Below, in pieces: positions 1 through 10,004 of a DNA stretch of 35,974 nucleotides. This DNA is from a virus (lineage: Duplodnaviria > Caudoviricetes), in the IMG/VR virus record IMGVR_UViG_3300047561_000092, positions 1-35,974 of that record, one strand, 5' to 3'. Every line of letters begins with the position of its first letter. The stretch's first letter is position 1. The notes below the pieces were generated by a model. It saw only the letters and a program-made list of their open reading frames with translations, did not search any database and had not been told where the DNA came from. Both the position numbers and the translations under genes were made by a program.

Positions 1-58
1 AAAGCTGGTCGTAAATCTGAAAAGGCTTACCAATTAGCTAAAGCATCTAGTGAAATTA
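1..58. repeat. 58-bp direct repeat identical to 35917..35974 (circular assembly overlap)
   Basis: aaagctggtcgtaaatctgaaaaggcttaccaattagctaaagcatctagtgaaatta occurs at both ends, and the capsid reading frame is continuous across the join. Confidence 0.97.
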
Positions 59-651
59 AACGTGATATGGAAGCAATCCTTTTATCTAACCAAGTAGCAG
101 CTAATGGTAACTCTACAACAGCTCGTAAACTTGGTGGTTTACAAACATGGTTATCATCTAACTACTCTGGTGGTACGAATGGTACTGCTGGTTCGTTAGG
201 TACTACAGCTCGTGTAACAGGTGATGACAGAGCATTTACAGCTACACTTTTAAATACTGTAATGCAATCTGCATTTACTAATGGTGGTTCACCAACAATG
301 TTGTTAGTTACTCCAGCTCAAAAAGTTGTAGCTTCTACATTCACTGGTATTGCTACTCGTTACAGAGATGTACCTTCTAACCAACAAGCTCAAATCATTA
401 ATGCAGCAGATGTTTACGTTTCAGACTTTGGTATTATCCAAATCGTTCCTGACCGTTTCATTCCTAATGCAGACAATGATGATACAGCTTTCTTATTAGA
501 TACAGAAATGGCTGCAGTAGCTTATCTACGCCCATTCCAAACTAATGAAATTGCTAAATCAGGTGACTCTGACATTACCCAACTATTAGTTGAGTATACT
601 TTAGAAGTTAAGAACTCTGCAGCACATGGCATTATCTCTGATTTAACTTAA
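1..651 (+). CDS. Major capsid protein, C-terminal part (DUF5309/SU10-type). Gene starts at 35623 and wraps; about 314 aa in total
   Basis: In frame from base 1 (KAGRKSEKAYQLAKASSEIKRDMEAILL...). C-terminus ...YLRPFQT...KSGDS...LLVEYTLEVKNSAAHGIISDL is typical of this capsid family; follows the scaffold gene. Confidence 0.92.
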   Translation, partial: KAGRKSEKAYQLAKASSEIKRDMEAILLSNQVAANGNSTTARKLGGLQTWLSSNYSGGTNGTAGSLGTTARVTGDDRAFTATLLNTVMQSAFTNGGSPTMLLVTPAQKVVASTFTGIATRYRDVPSNQQAQIINAADVYVSDFGIIQIVPDRFIPNADNDDTAFLLDTEMAAVAYLRPFQTNEIAKSGDSDITQLLVEYTLEVKNSAAHGIISDLT

Positions 652-664
652 TCAGTATGAGGAC

Positions 665-690
665 AGCCCTAGCAATAGGGCTTTCTCTTT
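665..690 (+). terminator. Intrinsic terminator after the major capsid gene
   Basis: agcccta-gcaa-tagggct stem with GNRA loop followed by ttctcttt. Confidence 0.75.
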
Positions 691-734
691 ATAGCTTTTA
701 ATAAGAGTTATAAACAGAAATTAAAAGGAAAAAC

Positions 735-1055
735 ATGACAGATAAAGTAATTAACAATGGAATTACTCAAACATCTTTCCATGATAATGGTGATGATTTA
801 GTTATTGCACACTCACAAAATATAACAGGCATTCTTGATGCTAATAAAGCAGAATATGCACAGTCAGATGAAAAGCAAAGATGGAGTGATGACTCATTTG
901 GTAACAAGGTAGCATCTATTCCTTTAGTAGTATTCCAAGAATTAGAAAAACAAGGTATTACTCGTGGACTAACTGTCATAGATATGCCACGATTTAAAGC
1001 ATGGTTAAACAACCCAGACAACAGAGCATTTAGAACAAGGACAGGTCGCATATAA
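735..1055 (+). CDS. Conserved phage protein between capsid and adaptor genes
   Basis: RBS aaagga; VASIP...WLNNPDNRAFRT motif typical of the small gene after the capsid gene in such podophages. Confidence 0.75.
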   Translation: MTDKVINNGITQTSFHDNGDDLVIAHSQNITGILDANKAEYAQSDEKQRWSDDSFGNKVASIPLVVFQELEKQGITRGLTVIDMPRFKAWLNNPDNRAFRTRTGRI

Positions 1056-1684
1056 TGGCAGCTTTTACTACATATACAGATTTGCAAGCAACACTTGCTG
1101 ATTACTTGGCTCGTACTGATTTAACATCACAAATCCCTACATTTGTTACGTTAGCAGAGAATAGATTAAGACGTGACGTAAGAATTAGACAAATGATTAA
1201 GGTAGTTACAGCATCTACAGCAGCTTCAGACCCTACTGTATCATTACCTAGTGACTTCCTAGAAATGCGTGATTTACACATAGAATCTAGTCCAATACAA
1301 ACACTTGTGTATCAAAATCCAAGTAACTTCTTTAGAAATACAAAGGCATCAACAGCAGATAGTGGTGCTCCTAAATTCTATACTATCATGGGTTCAGAGT
1401 TTCAATTTGCACCTATACCAGATTCTATATATACACTTAAAATGGTTTACTACGCATCACCATCATATTTAAGTTCAACCGTTTCATCTAATAACTTTTT
1501 AGCATATTGTCCAGATTTACTACTTTATGCAGCTTTAGGTGAAGCAGAACCATATTTAATGAATGACGCAAGAGTACAAACATGGGCTTCTCTCTATGAT
1601 AGAGGTTTAGCATCATTAACAGCTTCAAACGACTCTGCTGATAACCCATCTGCACCATTGGTTATATCAGTAGCAACACGATAA
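1055..1684 (+). CDS. Head-tail adaptor (tail tubular protein A-like)
   Basis: TYTDLQATLADYLARTDLTSQIPTF...PDLLLYAALGEAEPYLMND pattern and position; stop/start overlap (taatg). Confidence 0.75.
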   Translation: MAAFTTYTDLQATLADYLARTDLTSQIPTFVTLAENRLRRDVRIRQMIKVVTASTAASDPTVSLPSDFLEMRDLHIESSPIQTLVYQNPSNFFRNTKASTADSGAPKFYTIMGSEFQFAPIPDSIYTLKMVYYASPSYLSSTVSSNNFLAYCPDLLLYAALGEAEPYLMNDARVQTWASLYDRGLASLTASNDSADNPSAPLVISVATR

Positions 1685-1693
1685 GGAAAAATT

Positions 1694-2080
1694 ATGTCAG
1701 AATTTAGCAATTACCTTGAAAATGCACTTGTAAATGCAGTTTTAAGAAACACAACATACACATCACCAGCCACAGTTTATGTAGCATTGTTTACTACAGA
1801 CCCTACAGATGCTGGTTCTGGTACAGAATTATCTGGAAGTGCTTATGCAAGAACTGCTGTGACATTTGGTGCACCTTCTAACGGTGTAACTACTAATAGT
1901 GCTGACGTAACATTTGCAACAGCAACAGCTTCATGGGGAGTAGTAACGCATATTGGTCTATATGATGCTTTAACATCTGGTAATTTATTATTTCACACAC
2001 CATTAGACTCAAGTAAAACTATTGACTCTGGCGATATATTTAAAATTGCTAGTGGTAGCCTTTCTGTAACTTTGGCATAA
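1694..2080 (+). CDS. Virion structural protein (tail or fibre associated)
   Basis: SNYLEN...VYVALFTTDPTDAG.GTE..G..YAR...WG.VTHIG.YDA...GNLL motif of a common virion protein family; RBS aagga. Confidence 0.75.
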   Translation: MSEFSNYLENALVNAVLRNTTYTSPATVYVALFTTDPTDAGSGTELSGSAYARTAVTFGAPSNGVTTNSADVTFATATASWGVVTHIGLYDALTSGNLLFHTPLDSSKTIDSGDIFKIASGSLSVTLA

Positions 2081-2089
2081 GGATAAATC

Positions 2090-3778
2090 ATGGCTTTAGT
2101 CGTTAAAGACAGGGTTCGTGAGAATAGTACAACCACAGGAACAGGCTCGCTTACATTATCAGGTGCAGTTTCTGGGTTTCAAACATTCTCAAGTGCCATT
2201 GGGAATACTAATACGACCTATTATTGTATTGTAAACGGTGCAGAATGGGAAGTAGGTTTAGGAACTGTTAGTGCAGGTGCATTAGCAAGAACAACTGTAT
2301 TATCATCATCTAATGCTGGTTCATTAGTTACATTTACAGCAGGAACTAAAGACGTATTTTGTACATACCCATCTAGTAAGGGTATATATACAGATGCTAG
2401 TGGTAACACTATTGCATTAGGTACACCAGCTTCTGCAACACTTACAAATGCTACAGGATTGCCTTTAACTACAGGTGTAACAGGTACGCTTCCAGTAGCC
2501 AATGGTGGAACAGGCATTACAAGTTTAGGCACAGGGGTAGCAACCTTTTTAGGAACACCAACATCAGCTAATTTAATATCTGCTGTATCAGATGAAACAG
2601 GTTCAGGTTCACTTGTATTTGCAACACTACCTACATTTGGCACTACAGGTGTTAAGTTTAGTGGTTCTACATCAGGAACAACTACAGTATTATCAGGAGC
2701 AACCGCAGGTACGTCTGTTCTTACGCTTCCTGTAGCTACAGATACTTTAGTAGGAAAAGCAACAACAGATACACTAACTAACAAAACTTTAACATCACCA
2801 ACACTAACAACACCAGTATTAGGTACACCAAGTTCAGGAACATTAACTTCTTGCACAGGATTACCACTTACTACAGGTGTTACAGGTACTTTACCAGTTG
2901 GAAACGGTGGCACAGGAGCAGCAACACTTACTGGGGTATTAAAAGGAAATGGCACAAGTGCATTTACAGCAGCCACTTCTGGTACTGATTATTCAGCAGG
3001 CACTTCATCACTAGCTACAGGTATTATAAAAAGCACAACAACTACAGGTGCATTATCTATAGCAGTTGCAGCAGACTTTCCTACACTTAACCAAAATACT
3101 ACAGGAAGTGCAGCAACACTCACTACTGCCAGAAGTGTTTATGGCAATAACTTTGATGGTTCTGCAAATATTACTGCTATCATTGCTTCTACCTATGGTG
3201 GTACAGGCAATGGATTTACTAAATTTACTGGTGCAACAACTGCTGAAAAAACATATACATTACCAGATGCAACTTGCTCAATATTAACAAGCAATGCAGC
3301 AGTTACAGTAGCACAAGGTGGTACAGGTAATACATCAGCAACAGCTTATGCTTTATTAGCAGGTGGAACAACCTCTACTGGTGCATATCAATCATTAGCG
3401 TCTGTAGGAACAACTGGTCAAGTACTTACATCTAACGGTGCAGGTGCATTACCTACATTCCAAACATCAAGTGCTGGTGTAACAGTTACTAATGATACCT
3501 CTACTGCAACAGCTTTATATCCAACATTTACAAGTGCAACATCTGGCTCTATTTCTGGCGTAAGTGTTACAAGTAGTAAATTAACATTTGTACCATCTAC
3601 AGGTAGCGTAACTGCACCACAAGTAGCCGCTAGTAATGGTATCTTTGTAAACAATATGACTATAGGAGCAAATTACACTATACCTACAGGATATGGAGCA
3701 CATAGTGTGGGAGCAGTTACATTATCAAGTGGAGTTTCAGTTACTGTGCCTAGTGGCTCAAGATGGGTGGTTCTATAA
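2090..3778 (+). CDS. Long tail fibre protein
   Basis: [19 protein letters not shown]-terminus; Thr/Gly/Ser-rich; repeated GTLPVxNGGTG units; C-terminal [12 protein letters not shown]. Confidence 0.85.
   Translation: MALVVKDRVRENSTTTGTGSLTLSGAVSGFQTFSSAIGNTNTTYYCIVNGAEWEVGLGTVSAGALARTTVLSSSNAGSLVTFTAGTKDVFCTYPSSKGIYTDASGNTIALGTPASATLTNATGLPLTTGVTGTLPVANGGTGITSLGTGVATFLGTPTSANLISAVSDETGSGSLVFATLPTFGTTGVKFSGSTSGTTTVLSGATAGTSVLTLPVATDTLVGKATTDTLTNKTLTSPTLTTPVLGTPSSGTLTSCTGLPLTTGVTGTLPVGNGGTGAATLTGVLKGNGTSAFTAATSGTDYSAGTSSLATGIIKSTTTTGALSIAVAADFPTLNQNTTGSAATLTTARSVYGNNFDGSANITAIIASTYGGTGNGFTKFTGATTAEKTYTLPDATCSILTSNAAVTVAQGGTGNTSATAYALLAGGTTSTGAYQSLASVGTTGQVLTSNGAGALPTFQTSSAGVTVTNDTSTATALYPTFTSATSGSISGVSVTSSKLTFVPSTGSVTAPQVAASNGIFVNNMTIGANYTIPTGYGAHSVGAVTLSSGVSVTVPSGSRWVVL
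2417..2917 (+). repeat. Internal 33-codon duplication in the tail fibre (2417..2515 and 2819..2917)
   Basis: [33 protein letters not shown] vs [33 protein letters not shown]. Confidence 0.85.
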
Positions 3779-4311
3779 TGGCAAAAACAAAAATATCAGA
3801 ATATTCAAGTACCGCTGCAAGTAATACGGATGTGCAAAGCATTAACATTGGCGAGGGAATGTTACCTTCAGATGTGAATAATGCTATGCGAGCTATTATG
3901 GCTCATCTTAAAAACTTTCAAGCAGGTTTAGCTAGTGATGATTTAACAGTAGGTGGGAATCTATCTGTTACAGGTACAGGAACAATTACAGGTGATACTG
4001 CTATTAACTCTACTGGTGCTATTAAAATTCCAGTAGGTACAAATGCTCAAAGACCTACCGCTATTAGAGGACAAATAAGGTATAATACTGATACATCTGC
4101 TTATGAAGGTTATGATGGTACAAACTGGTCATCTTTAGGTGGTGGAGCTACAGGCGGTGGTGGTGACCAAGTATTTAACTTAAACACAATAATAGTCACT
4201 ACAAGTTATTCTTTACCTTCAGGCAAAAACGCAATGTCAGTAGGCTCAATTACAATTAATAGTGGTGTAACAGTCACAGTTCCTAGCGGTGCTCGCTGGG
4301 TAGTCTTATAA
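3778..4311 (+). CDS. Short tail fibre/adaptor protein
   Basis: Likely start ATG at 3778 overlapping the upstream stop; [10 protein letters not shown]...EGMLPSDVNNAMR, IPVGTNAQRP...GQIRYNT; C-terminus near-identical to the upstream fibre (VTVPSGARWVVL). Confidence 0.8.
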   Translation: MAKTKISEYSSTAASNTDVQSINIGEGMLPSDVNNAMRAIMAHLKNFQAGLASDDLTVGGNLSVTGTGTITGDTAINSTGAIKIPVGTNAQRPTAIRGQIRYNTDTSAYEGYDGTNWSSLGGGATGGGGDQVFNLNTIIVTTSYSLPSGKNAMSVGSITINSGVTVTVPSGARWVVL

Positions 4312-4321
4312 GGGGAAATAA

Positions 4322-5044
4322 ATGGCATCATCAATAAATGCAAGTACAAGTGGAGCAGGTGGAGTCATAACCACAGCTGATAACACAGGCATATTGCAAT
4401 TACAAACTGCTGGAGTTACAGCGGTTACTGTAAATGCTTCTAGTGCATTAGGTGTAGGTACATCACCTTCTTATGGTACATCTGGACAAGTATTAACCTC
4501 TGCTGGTACTAGTGCAGCTCCTACATGGTCTACTATTAGTGCAGGTGCTACTACATTAAAAACTATAACAGACACTACTGATATTACATTAGTAAATGTT
4601 GCTTCATCTTATGTTACTGTTGGTTCATCATTTTCTGTGTCTATTCCCACTACAGGATTTATTAGAGTTGGTTCATTTGCTGGGCGACTTACATATTCAA
4701 GTGGTGGAAATGAAACAGCATTAGTATTTGGAATAAGAATAGGTGCTACTAATTATTGGTTAGGCACATGGAGTAGAAATGGAACAACTAAATATTCGGC
4801 AATAACAACTTTTATAACTGGTGCTGGATATGAAGAATATGCTGGACCGCCAAGAAGCTATGGTAGCGGTGTATATGGATTAGCATCAATGGTTTCTGAT
4901 ATTACAGCTACTAGCATTCCAACAGGCACTCAAACAGTTCAATTAATAGCAGCTGCCGATGTTGCTTCTTATGCAGGTATTAGTATATTAAAAGGCACAA
5001 CAACTACAACACGAGTTGGTCTTGAATTTGTTTCAGCAAGTTAA
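4322..5044 (+). CDS. Fibre tip / receptor-binding module 1
   Basis: GTSGQVLTS hinge followed by a beta-rich unique C-terminal domain; followed by a small chaperone-like gene. Confidence 0.7.
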   Translation: MASSINASTSGAGGVITTADNTGILQLQTAGVTAVTVNASSALGVGTSPSYGTSGQVLTSAGTSAAPTWSTISAGATTLKTITDTTDITLVNVASSYVTVGSSFSVSIPTTGFIRVGSFAGRLTYSSGGNETALVFGIRIGATNYWLGTWSRNGTTKYSAITTFITGAGYEEYAGPPRSYGSGVYGLASMVSDITATSIPTGTQTVQLIAAADVASYAGISILKGTTTTTRVGLEFVSAS

Positions 5045-5058
5045 TAAAGGAAAATAAT

Positions 5059-5331
5059 ATGGATTATAACGAAGTAATAATTAGTTTAGGTGGAGTAGAA
5101 AGAATTACAGCTCCAGCTGCATTAACATTAACTGACGCTGAATTAGAAACACATATTGCTAACAATGTAATTGGCACTAAACATTCTGTATCTACTGTTA
5201 AAGCACAAGTGCCTGTATTACAAGCTCAATATGAAGCATCTAAAACACAAGTAAAAACAGATACTGTATCTGATTTGAAAGCACAATTAGCAGAACTGTC
5301 TGCTAAATTAACAGCATTGGAGAACGCATAA
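5059..5331 (+). CDS. Small fibre-associated protein/chaperone with C-terminal coiled coil
   Basis: RBS aagga; ends DLKAQLAELSAKLTALENA. Confidence 0.6.
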   Translation: MDYNEVIISLGGVERITAPAALTLTDAELETHIANNVIGTKHSVSTVKAQVPVLQAQYEASKTQVKTDTVSDLKAQLAELSAKLTALENA

Positions 5332-5918
5332 TGTCATCAGTCGTAATAGCTGGGGATACCTCTGGCACAGTAACACTTGCAGCACCAGCAGTCGCTGGTA
5401 GCACTACACTAACACTACAAGCCAATACAGGTAATATTCCTGTAGTAACTGGCACAGGTACATCTGGACAAGTGCTTACATCTGGTGGTTCTGGTGCAGT
5501 ATCTACATGGTCTACTATTAGTTCTGGTGGTATGACATTGTTGGGAACTTTAGCAGCTACTTCAGGCAATTCTCTTTCATTAGGAAGTTTAACTTTAACA
5601 AACTATAAAGCATTACAAGTTGTTATGCAAAGTGTGGTTCCTCAATATGGACCATTGTATATAACTAGCGATAATTCACAAACAGCTAGTTATCAATCTC
5701 CATTTCAAATGAATGCTGGGGTAGCCAATTCTGGAATAGATACTATTTTTTTAGGAACTGGTGCTTTTTTTGGTGGAAGTGGGCAAGATTCAGCAGCAAA
5801 TCCTAATTATGGCGGTGGTAAAACAAATATTACAACAACTACTACAACAGTTTATCTTCGATTGGCAAGTGTTGGTGTATTTAGTGGTGGTTCATTTTTA
5901 GTTTATGGAGTTGCATAA
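5331..5918 (+). CDS. Fibre tip / receptor-binding module 2
   Basis: MSSVVIAGDTSGTVTLAAPAVAG N-terminus; GTSGQVLTS hinge; ends GSFLVYGVA. Confidence 0.7.
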   Translation: MSSVVIAGDTSGTVTLAAPAVAGSTTLTLQANTGNIPVVTGTGTSGQVLTSGGSGAVSTWSTISSGGMTLLGTLAATSGNSLSLGSLTLTNYKALQVVMQSVVPQYGPLYITSDNSQTASYQSPFQMNAGVANSGIDTIFLGTGAFFGGSGQDSAANPNYGGGKTNITTTTTTVYLRLASVGVFSGGSFLVYGVA

Positions 5919-6103
5919 TGGAATTATTTAGAGTAAACACAGACGCTATTACAGGAGAAACAACAAAGGTTCCTTATACTCAAAAAGAAATTGATGAGTG
6001 TAATAACTATGTTGATACTAAACCACATCTAACTGTAAAACAATTACAAGCACAGTTAGCAGAAATATCTGCACAATTACAAGCATTACAAGGAGCAGCA
6101 TAA
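5918..6103 (+). CDS. Small fibre-associated protein/chaperone with C-terminal coiled coil
   Basis: Ends QLQAQLAEISAQLQALQGAA, paralogous to 5059..5331; translationally coupled. Confidence 0.6.
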   Translation: MELFRVNTDAITGETTKVPYTQKEIDECNNYVDTKPHLTVKQLQAQLAEISAQLQALQGAA

Positions 6104-7206
6104 TGTCTATGATTTTAGATGGAACAAATGGAGTCACCTATAACGACTCATCTCTACAAGCTGCTGCAGCGTCACCTTATGTGCTAAAAAACCGCATCAT
6201 CAATGGTGACATGAGGATAGACCAGAGAAATGCTGGTGCTAGTGGAACAGCTAATGTTAGTTACACAGTAGATAGATGGGCTTATTATGGTTCACAGACT
6301 TTAAAAGGAACTTGGCAACAAAATGCTGGTTCTGTTACTCCACCAACAGGATTTAATTATTATCTTGGTTTTACTTCATCTTCTGCATATACTGTTGGAG
6401 CAAGTGAACAATTTTCAATTTATCAGCCAATAGAAGGATACAATGTTGCTGATTTGGCTTGGGGAACTGCGTCTGCTAAAACAATTACTATTTCATTTTG
6501 GGTTAGAAGTTCTCTTACAGGAACATTTGGTGGTTCATTAAGAAATAGTGCAGTAGATAGAGGCTATCCATTTAGCTATACAATTTCTGTGGCTAATACT
6601 TGGGAACAAAAGTCTGTAACAATAGCTGGTGATACTTCTGGAACTTGGCTTACAACTAGTGGAGCTGGTATATATGTAAATTTTAGTTTAGGTGCTGGTT
6701 CAACAGTAAGCGGAACGGCTGGTGCATGGGCTTCTACAAATTACACTTCTGCTACTGGAGCAACATCAGTAGTAGGCACTAACGGAGCTACCTTCTACAT
6801 AACAGGTATCCAACTAGAAATAGGCTCAACAGCAACACCGTTTGAACGCAGACTTTATGGACAAGAGTTAACATTGTGTCAAAGGTATGTATTAGTATCT
6901 GGTTTGCAACAAACAAATTCAGTAGCTGGTTTAGGGTTTGCATATAATACTACTGGTTTTGCAGCTGTTGTAAATTATCCAGTAGCTATGAGAACAGTTC
7001 CTACATTTACTCAAAATGGAGCTTGGGCAGCAAACAATGCTCTTGCTGCTGTTACATTAACTGGAGGTAGCATTAACACTACTTATAGCTCTACTTTAGC
7101 CGCAGACTTATCGTTTACAGGCACAGGATTAGTAGCTTCAACACCATATCGTTTAACTGCTGGAAGTAGTTCAGCTGGCAGTCTTGTATTTTCAGCGGAG
7201 TTATAA
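6103..7206 (+). CDS. Fibre module 3 with carbohydrate-binding-like domain
   Basis: KNRIINGDMRIDQRNAG...YTVDRW...ITGIQLEIGSTATPFERR.YGQEL.LCQRY motif of a widespread phage fibre family. Confidence 0.8.
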   Translation: MSMILDGTNGVTYNDSSLQAAAASPYVLKNRIINGDMRIDQRNAGASGTANVSYTVDRWAYYGSQTLKGTWQQNAGSVTPPTGFNYYLGFTSSSAYTVGASEQFSIYQPIEGYNVADLAWGTASAKTITISFWVRSSLTGTFGGSLRNSAVDRGYPFSYTISVANTWEQKSVTIAGDTSGTWLTTSGAGIYVNFSLGAGSTVSGTAGAWASTNYTSATGATSVVGTNGATFYITGIQLEIGSTATPFERRLYGQELTLCQRYVLVSGLQQTNSVAGLGFAYNTTGFAAVVNYPVAMRTVPTFTQNGAWAANNALAAVTLTGGSINTTYSSTLAADLSFTGTGLVASTPYRLTAGSSSAGSLVFSAEL

Positions 7207-7208
7207 TC

Positions 7209-7361
7209 ATGTATAAATTAAAAATAGATAATAAAAATGAAACTACTTCAATTTTAAGAATTGCTGACGGAGCTAGTATTCCATTAGTAAAAGATAACAC
7301 AGACTACCAAGCCTACCTTAAATGGGTAAGCGAAGGCAATAAGCCAGAACAGGCTGACTAA
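7209..7361 (+). CDS. Small tail fibre assembly-like protein, 50 aa (not in the ORF track)
   Basis: MYKLKIDNKNETTSILRIADGASIPLVKDNTDYQAYLKWVSEGNKPEQAD; the IP...NTDYQAYLKW..EGN.P motif typically follows this fibre family; fills the gap exactly. Confidence 0.8.
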   Translation: MYKLKIDNKNETTSILRIADGASIPLVKDNTDYQAYLKWVSEGNKPEQAD

Positions 7362-7777
7362 TGTTTGGCATAAGTGCATTTGCACAGACAGCATATAGTT
7401 CACTTGCTAGTGGTGTAGTTTATGGTGCAGGTCAAGTAGACGCTACAGCATTTGTCACAGCTAATGGTTATTCAGAAGCATATGCTAGTGGCTTTATAAA
7501 TGCTAATGCTCTTGTATCTAGCAGTGCTATTCGTTTACGCACAGTTAACGCAAGTATACTTGGCACAGCTTTATTTGAAACAACTAATGCCTACTCTTTA
7601 GCCTATGCTCGTGGCATTGTATTTACCAGTGCTAGTGTAACTGCAAAAGGTTATCGTTTAGGTGAAGAGTGGGGAAATATTACAACAGGGTCAGAAACAT
7701 GGACAAGTGTTTCTACTGGCTCTGAAACATGGACAGAAGTATCAACTGGAACAAATACATGGCAACTCAACGGATAA
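7361..7777 (+). CDS. Virion structural protein
   Basis: MFGISAFAQ N-terminus; Ala/Ser-rich; C-terminal repeats of (T)GSETWT. Confidence 0.65.
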   Translation: MFGISAFAQTAYSSLASGVVYGAGQVDATAFVTANGYSEAYASGFINANALVSSSAIRLRTVNASILGTALFETTNAYSLAYARGIVFTSASVTAKGYRLGEEWGNITTGSETWTSVSTGSETWTEVSTGTNTWQLNG

Positions 7778-9177
7778 GTTTTTCAGAATGGACACCAGAC
7801 CAGCCTTCAGTTGCTGGTACATTATTAGATGTTAATAATGCAGTTCCGTTACAAGTAGGATATGGCATATTCCCACAAGCTGTAGACTATTCTAACGCTG
7901 CTAGTGAGTCTTTAAATAACGTCTATGCTGGTAAGTTTAGTAACATTACAGAACTATTTGCTGGTGGTGCTTCCAAATTATTTAAATACAATACTGGCAC
8001 TAGAAACTTAACCAATGTATCTAAAACAGGTGGTTATAGTGGTGAAAGATGGGAGTTTGTACAATTTGGTGATGCATTATTAGCGACTAACAATGCTCAA
8101 AAAATACAAGCATGGTATGTTAATACTTCATCTGCTTTTGCTGATGTAGCTGCAACTGCTCCAGTATGTAAATACATTACAGTAGTTCGTGATTTTGTAG
8201 TAGCTGCTAACATATCTGGTACACCTAATAAATTACAATGGTGTGATATTAATGATGAAACTAACTGGACTTCTGGTGCAGCATCACAATCAGATTTTCA
8301 GATTATTAGTGACGGTGGTAATATTCGTGGCATTACAGGTGGTGAGTTTGGACTCATACTTATGGAACGTGGTATTGTCCGTATGTCTTATGTTGGTTCA
8401 CCTTATTTCTTCCAGTTTGACACTATATCTCGTGGTTTAGGTTGTCTTTCTGGTTCATCTGTAGCCCAATATGCAAGCATTACATACTTTCTTTCAGATG
8501 ATGGATTTTACTCATGTGATGGTACAAGTTTAGTAGGCATTGGCACAGAAAAAGTAGACCGTTACTTTTTTGGTAGCCTAGATTTAAACAACATTGACAC
8601 AATTTCTACAGCAGTAGACCCAATTCGTAACATTGTATTATGGAACTATCCTAACGTATCTGGTGGTCGTTCTATTATTATGTATAACTGGCAACTTAAA
8701 AAATGGTCTAAAGCTGATACAACCGTAGACTATATTTCATCTGTAGCTACTTCTGGTATGACACTAGAAGATTTAGATGGTATTGGTGCTTTAGATGACC
8801 TTACAACATCTTTAGACTCACGACTATACATTGGTGGTAAATTCCTATTTGCTGGTGTAAAAAGCACTAAAATTGTTACATTTACTGGTGCTAGAACTAC
8901 TGCTACATTTACGGTAGGCGATATAGAACAAGGATATAACTCTACAGTACAACTTGCTAGACCTCTTATACAAGATGGTTCAGCTAATATTAAAGTATCT
9001 AGTAGAAAAGAAATAGCAGACACTGTAACTTATGGTTCTTCTGTAACAACATCTACTGAAGGTCGTTGTCCATTACGTTCTAGTGGTCGTTTCCATAGGA
9101 TTGAAGTAACCCCAACAGGGAACTGGACAAATGCAGTATGGGTAGATATAGACTTTGCTGATAGAGGCACTAGATAA
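7759..9177 (+). CDS. Tail nozzle / tubular protein B-like (DNA stabilisation)
   Basis: Likely start MATQRISFSEWTPDQP; beta-propeller-like content (YFLSDDGFY, IGTEKVDRYF, RSSGRFHR); position. Confidence 0.75.
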   Translation: MATQRISFSEWTPDQPSVAGTLLDVNNAVPLQVGYGIFPQAVDYSNAASESLNNVYAGKFSNITELFAGGASKLFKYNTGTRNLTNVSKTGGYSGERWEFVQFGDALLATNNAQKIQAWYVNTSSAFADVAATAPVCKYITVVRDFVVAANISGTPNKLQWCDINDETNWTSGAASQSDFQIISDGGNIRGITGGEFGLILMERGIVRMSYVGSPYFFQFDTISRGLGCLSGSSVAQYASITYFLSDDGFYSCDGTSLVGIGTEKVDRYFFGSLDLNNIDTISTAVDPIRNIVLWNYPNVSGGRSIIMYNWQLKKWSKADTTVDYISSVATSGMTLEDLDGIGALDDLTTSLDSRLYIGGKFLFAGVKSTKIVTFTGARTTATFTVGDIEQGYNSTVQLARPLIQDGSANIKVSSRKEIADTVTYGSSVTTSTEGRCPLRSSGRFHRIEVTPTGNWTNAVWVDIDFADRGTR

Positions 9178-9992
9178 TGCGTGATATGTACCGTAAGCTA
9201 AATTGGCTAGGCGGAACACCACGAGAAATATCAGAAGTGGTAAATAACCTAGTTGAAGGTAAATCTAACAACACAGGTGACATTACTTTAGCTGCTAGTG
9301 GTGCTACTACTACAACTATTTATGATGAACGTATAGGTTATAACTCTGTAGTATTGCTTATGGCAACTACAGCAAGTGCTGCCAATGCTATTAATGACTC
9401 TACACCTTATGGTGCATGGCAAGATAGTACAACACAGTCAGCAGCAAGTACTACTACTGCATATCCTATAACATTTAATACTGTAGACTATGAAAGCAAC
9501 ATTGTATTACAAAGTAGTTCACAATTAAAAGTAACTTACGCTGGGTTATACAATATTCAGTTTAGTTTACAGTTATCTAATTTAGATAATGCTACACAAG
9601 ATGCAGATATATGGTTTAGAGTGAATGGTACTAATGTAGCAAAGTCTAATAGTATATTTGGTTTAGCTCCTAGAAAAAATGCTACAGACCCATATCATGT
9701 TATTGCTGCTATGAACTTTTATACACAATTAGCTGCTAATGACTATGTACAGATTATGTGGAGAGCATCTAATACTGCTGTTACTATTGATGCTGTAGGA
9801 ACACAAACATCACCTACTAGACCAGCAACACCTAGTGCTATTGTTACTATGAATTATATTGCTAATGGTAGTGCATCATCTAATTTATTTGGCGGTGTAT
9901 ATGTAAGTTCTACCAGCAAAGGTAGTGCAATTATCACACATCCAGCAAACACTTTAACTGATAAAAGTTACAGGTATACAGTAGTAGGATGA
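9177..9992 (+). CDS. Tail protein with an inserted jelly-roll (C1q/TNF-like) domain
   Basis: GGTPREISEVVNNLVEGKSNNTG N-terminal module, internal YGAWQDSTTQ...AGLYNIQFSLQL...PATPSAIVT module, short C-terminal module. Confidence 0.6.
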   Translation: MRDMYRKLNWLGGTPREISEVVNNLVEGKSNNTGDITLAASGATTTTIYDERIGYNSVVLLMATTASAANAINDSTPYGAWQDSTTQSAASTTTAYPITFNTVDYESNIVLQSSSQLKVTYAGLYNIQFSLQLSNLDNATQDADIWFRVNGTNVAKSNSIFGLAPRKNATDPYHVIAAMNFYTQLAANDYVQIMWRASNTAVTIDAVGTQTSPTRPATPSAIVTMNYIANGSASSNLFGGVYVSSTSKGSAIITHPANTLTDKSYRYTVVG

Positions 9993-10004
9993 TATAATAT
10001 TAGG

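Noticed and set aside
1-58. Terminal repeat as a biological DTR or att site
   Set aside because: It falls mid-capsid gene with the frame preserved, which is best explained as assembler overlap of a circular or permuted genome
67-651. 194-aa ORF as a complete gene
   Set aside because: It is the 3' part of the capsid gene that starts at 35623
2221-2976. 251-aa minus-strand ORF, and similar shadows (767..1087, 5303..5569, 8730..9023, 11854..12243, 17846..18295, 26252..26698, 31755..32120, 32577..32933)
   Set aside because: Antisense shadows of well-supported genes caused by codon bias; no RBS or motifs
2090-7206. Diversity-generating retroelement or invertase shufflon acting on the fibres
   Set aside because: No reverse transcriptase or site-specific recombinase; repeats are direct, short and not adenine-specific in their differences
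7690-7765. Repeated gaaacatggaca units as a CRISPR-like array
   Set aside because: They are 21-nt-period coding repeats (GSETWT) with no spacers
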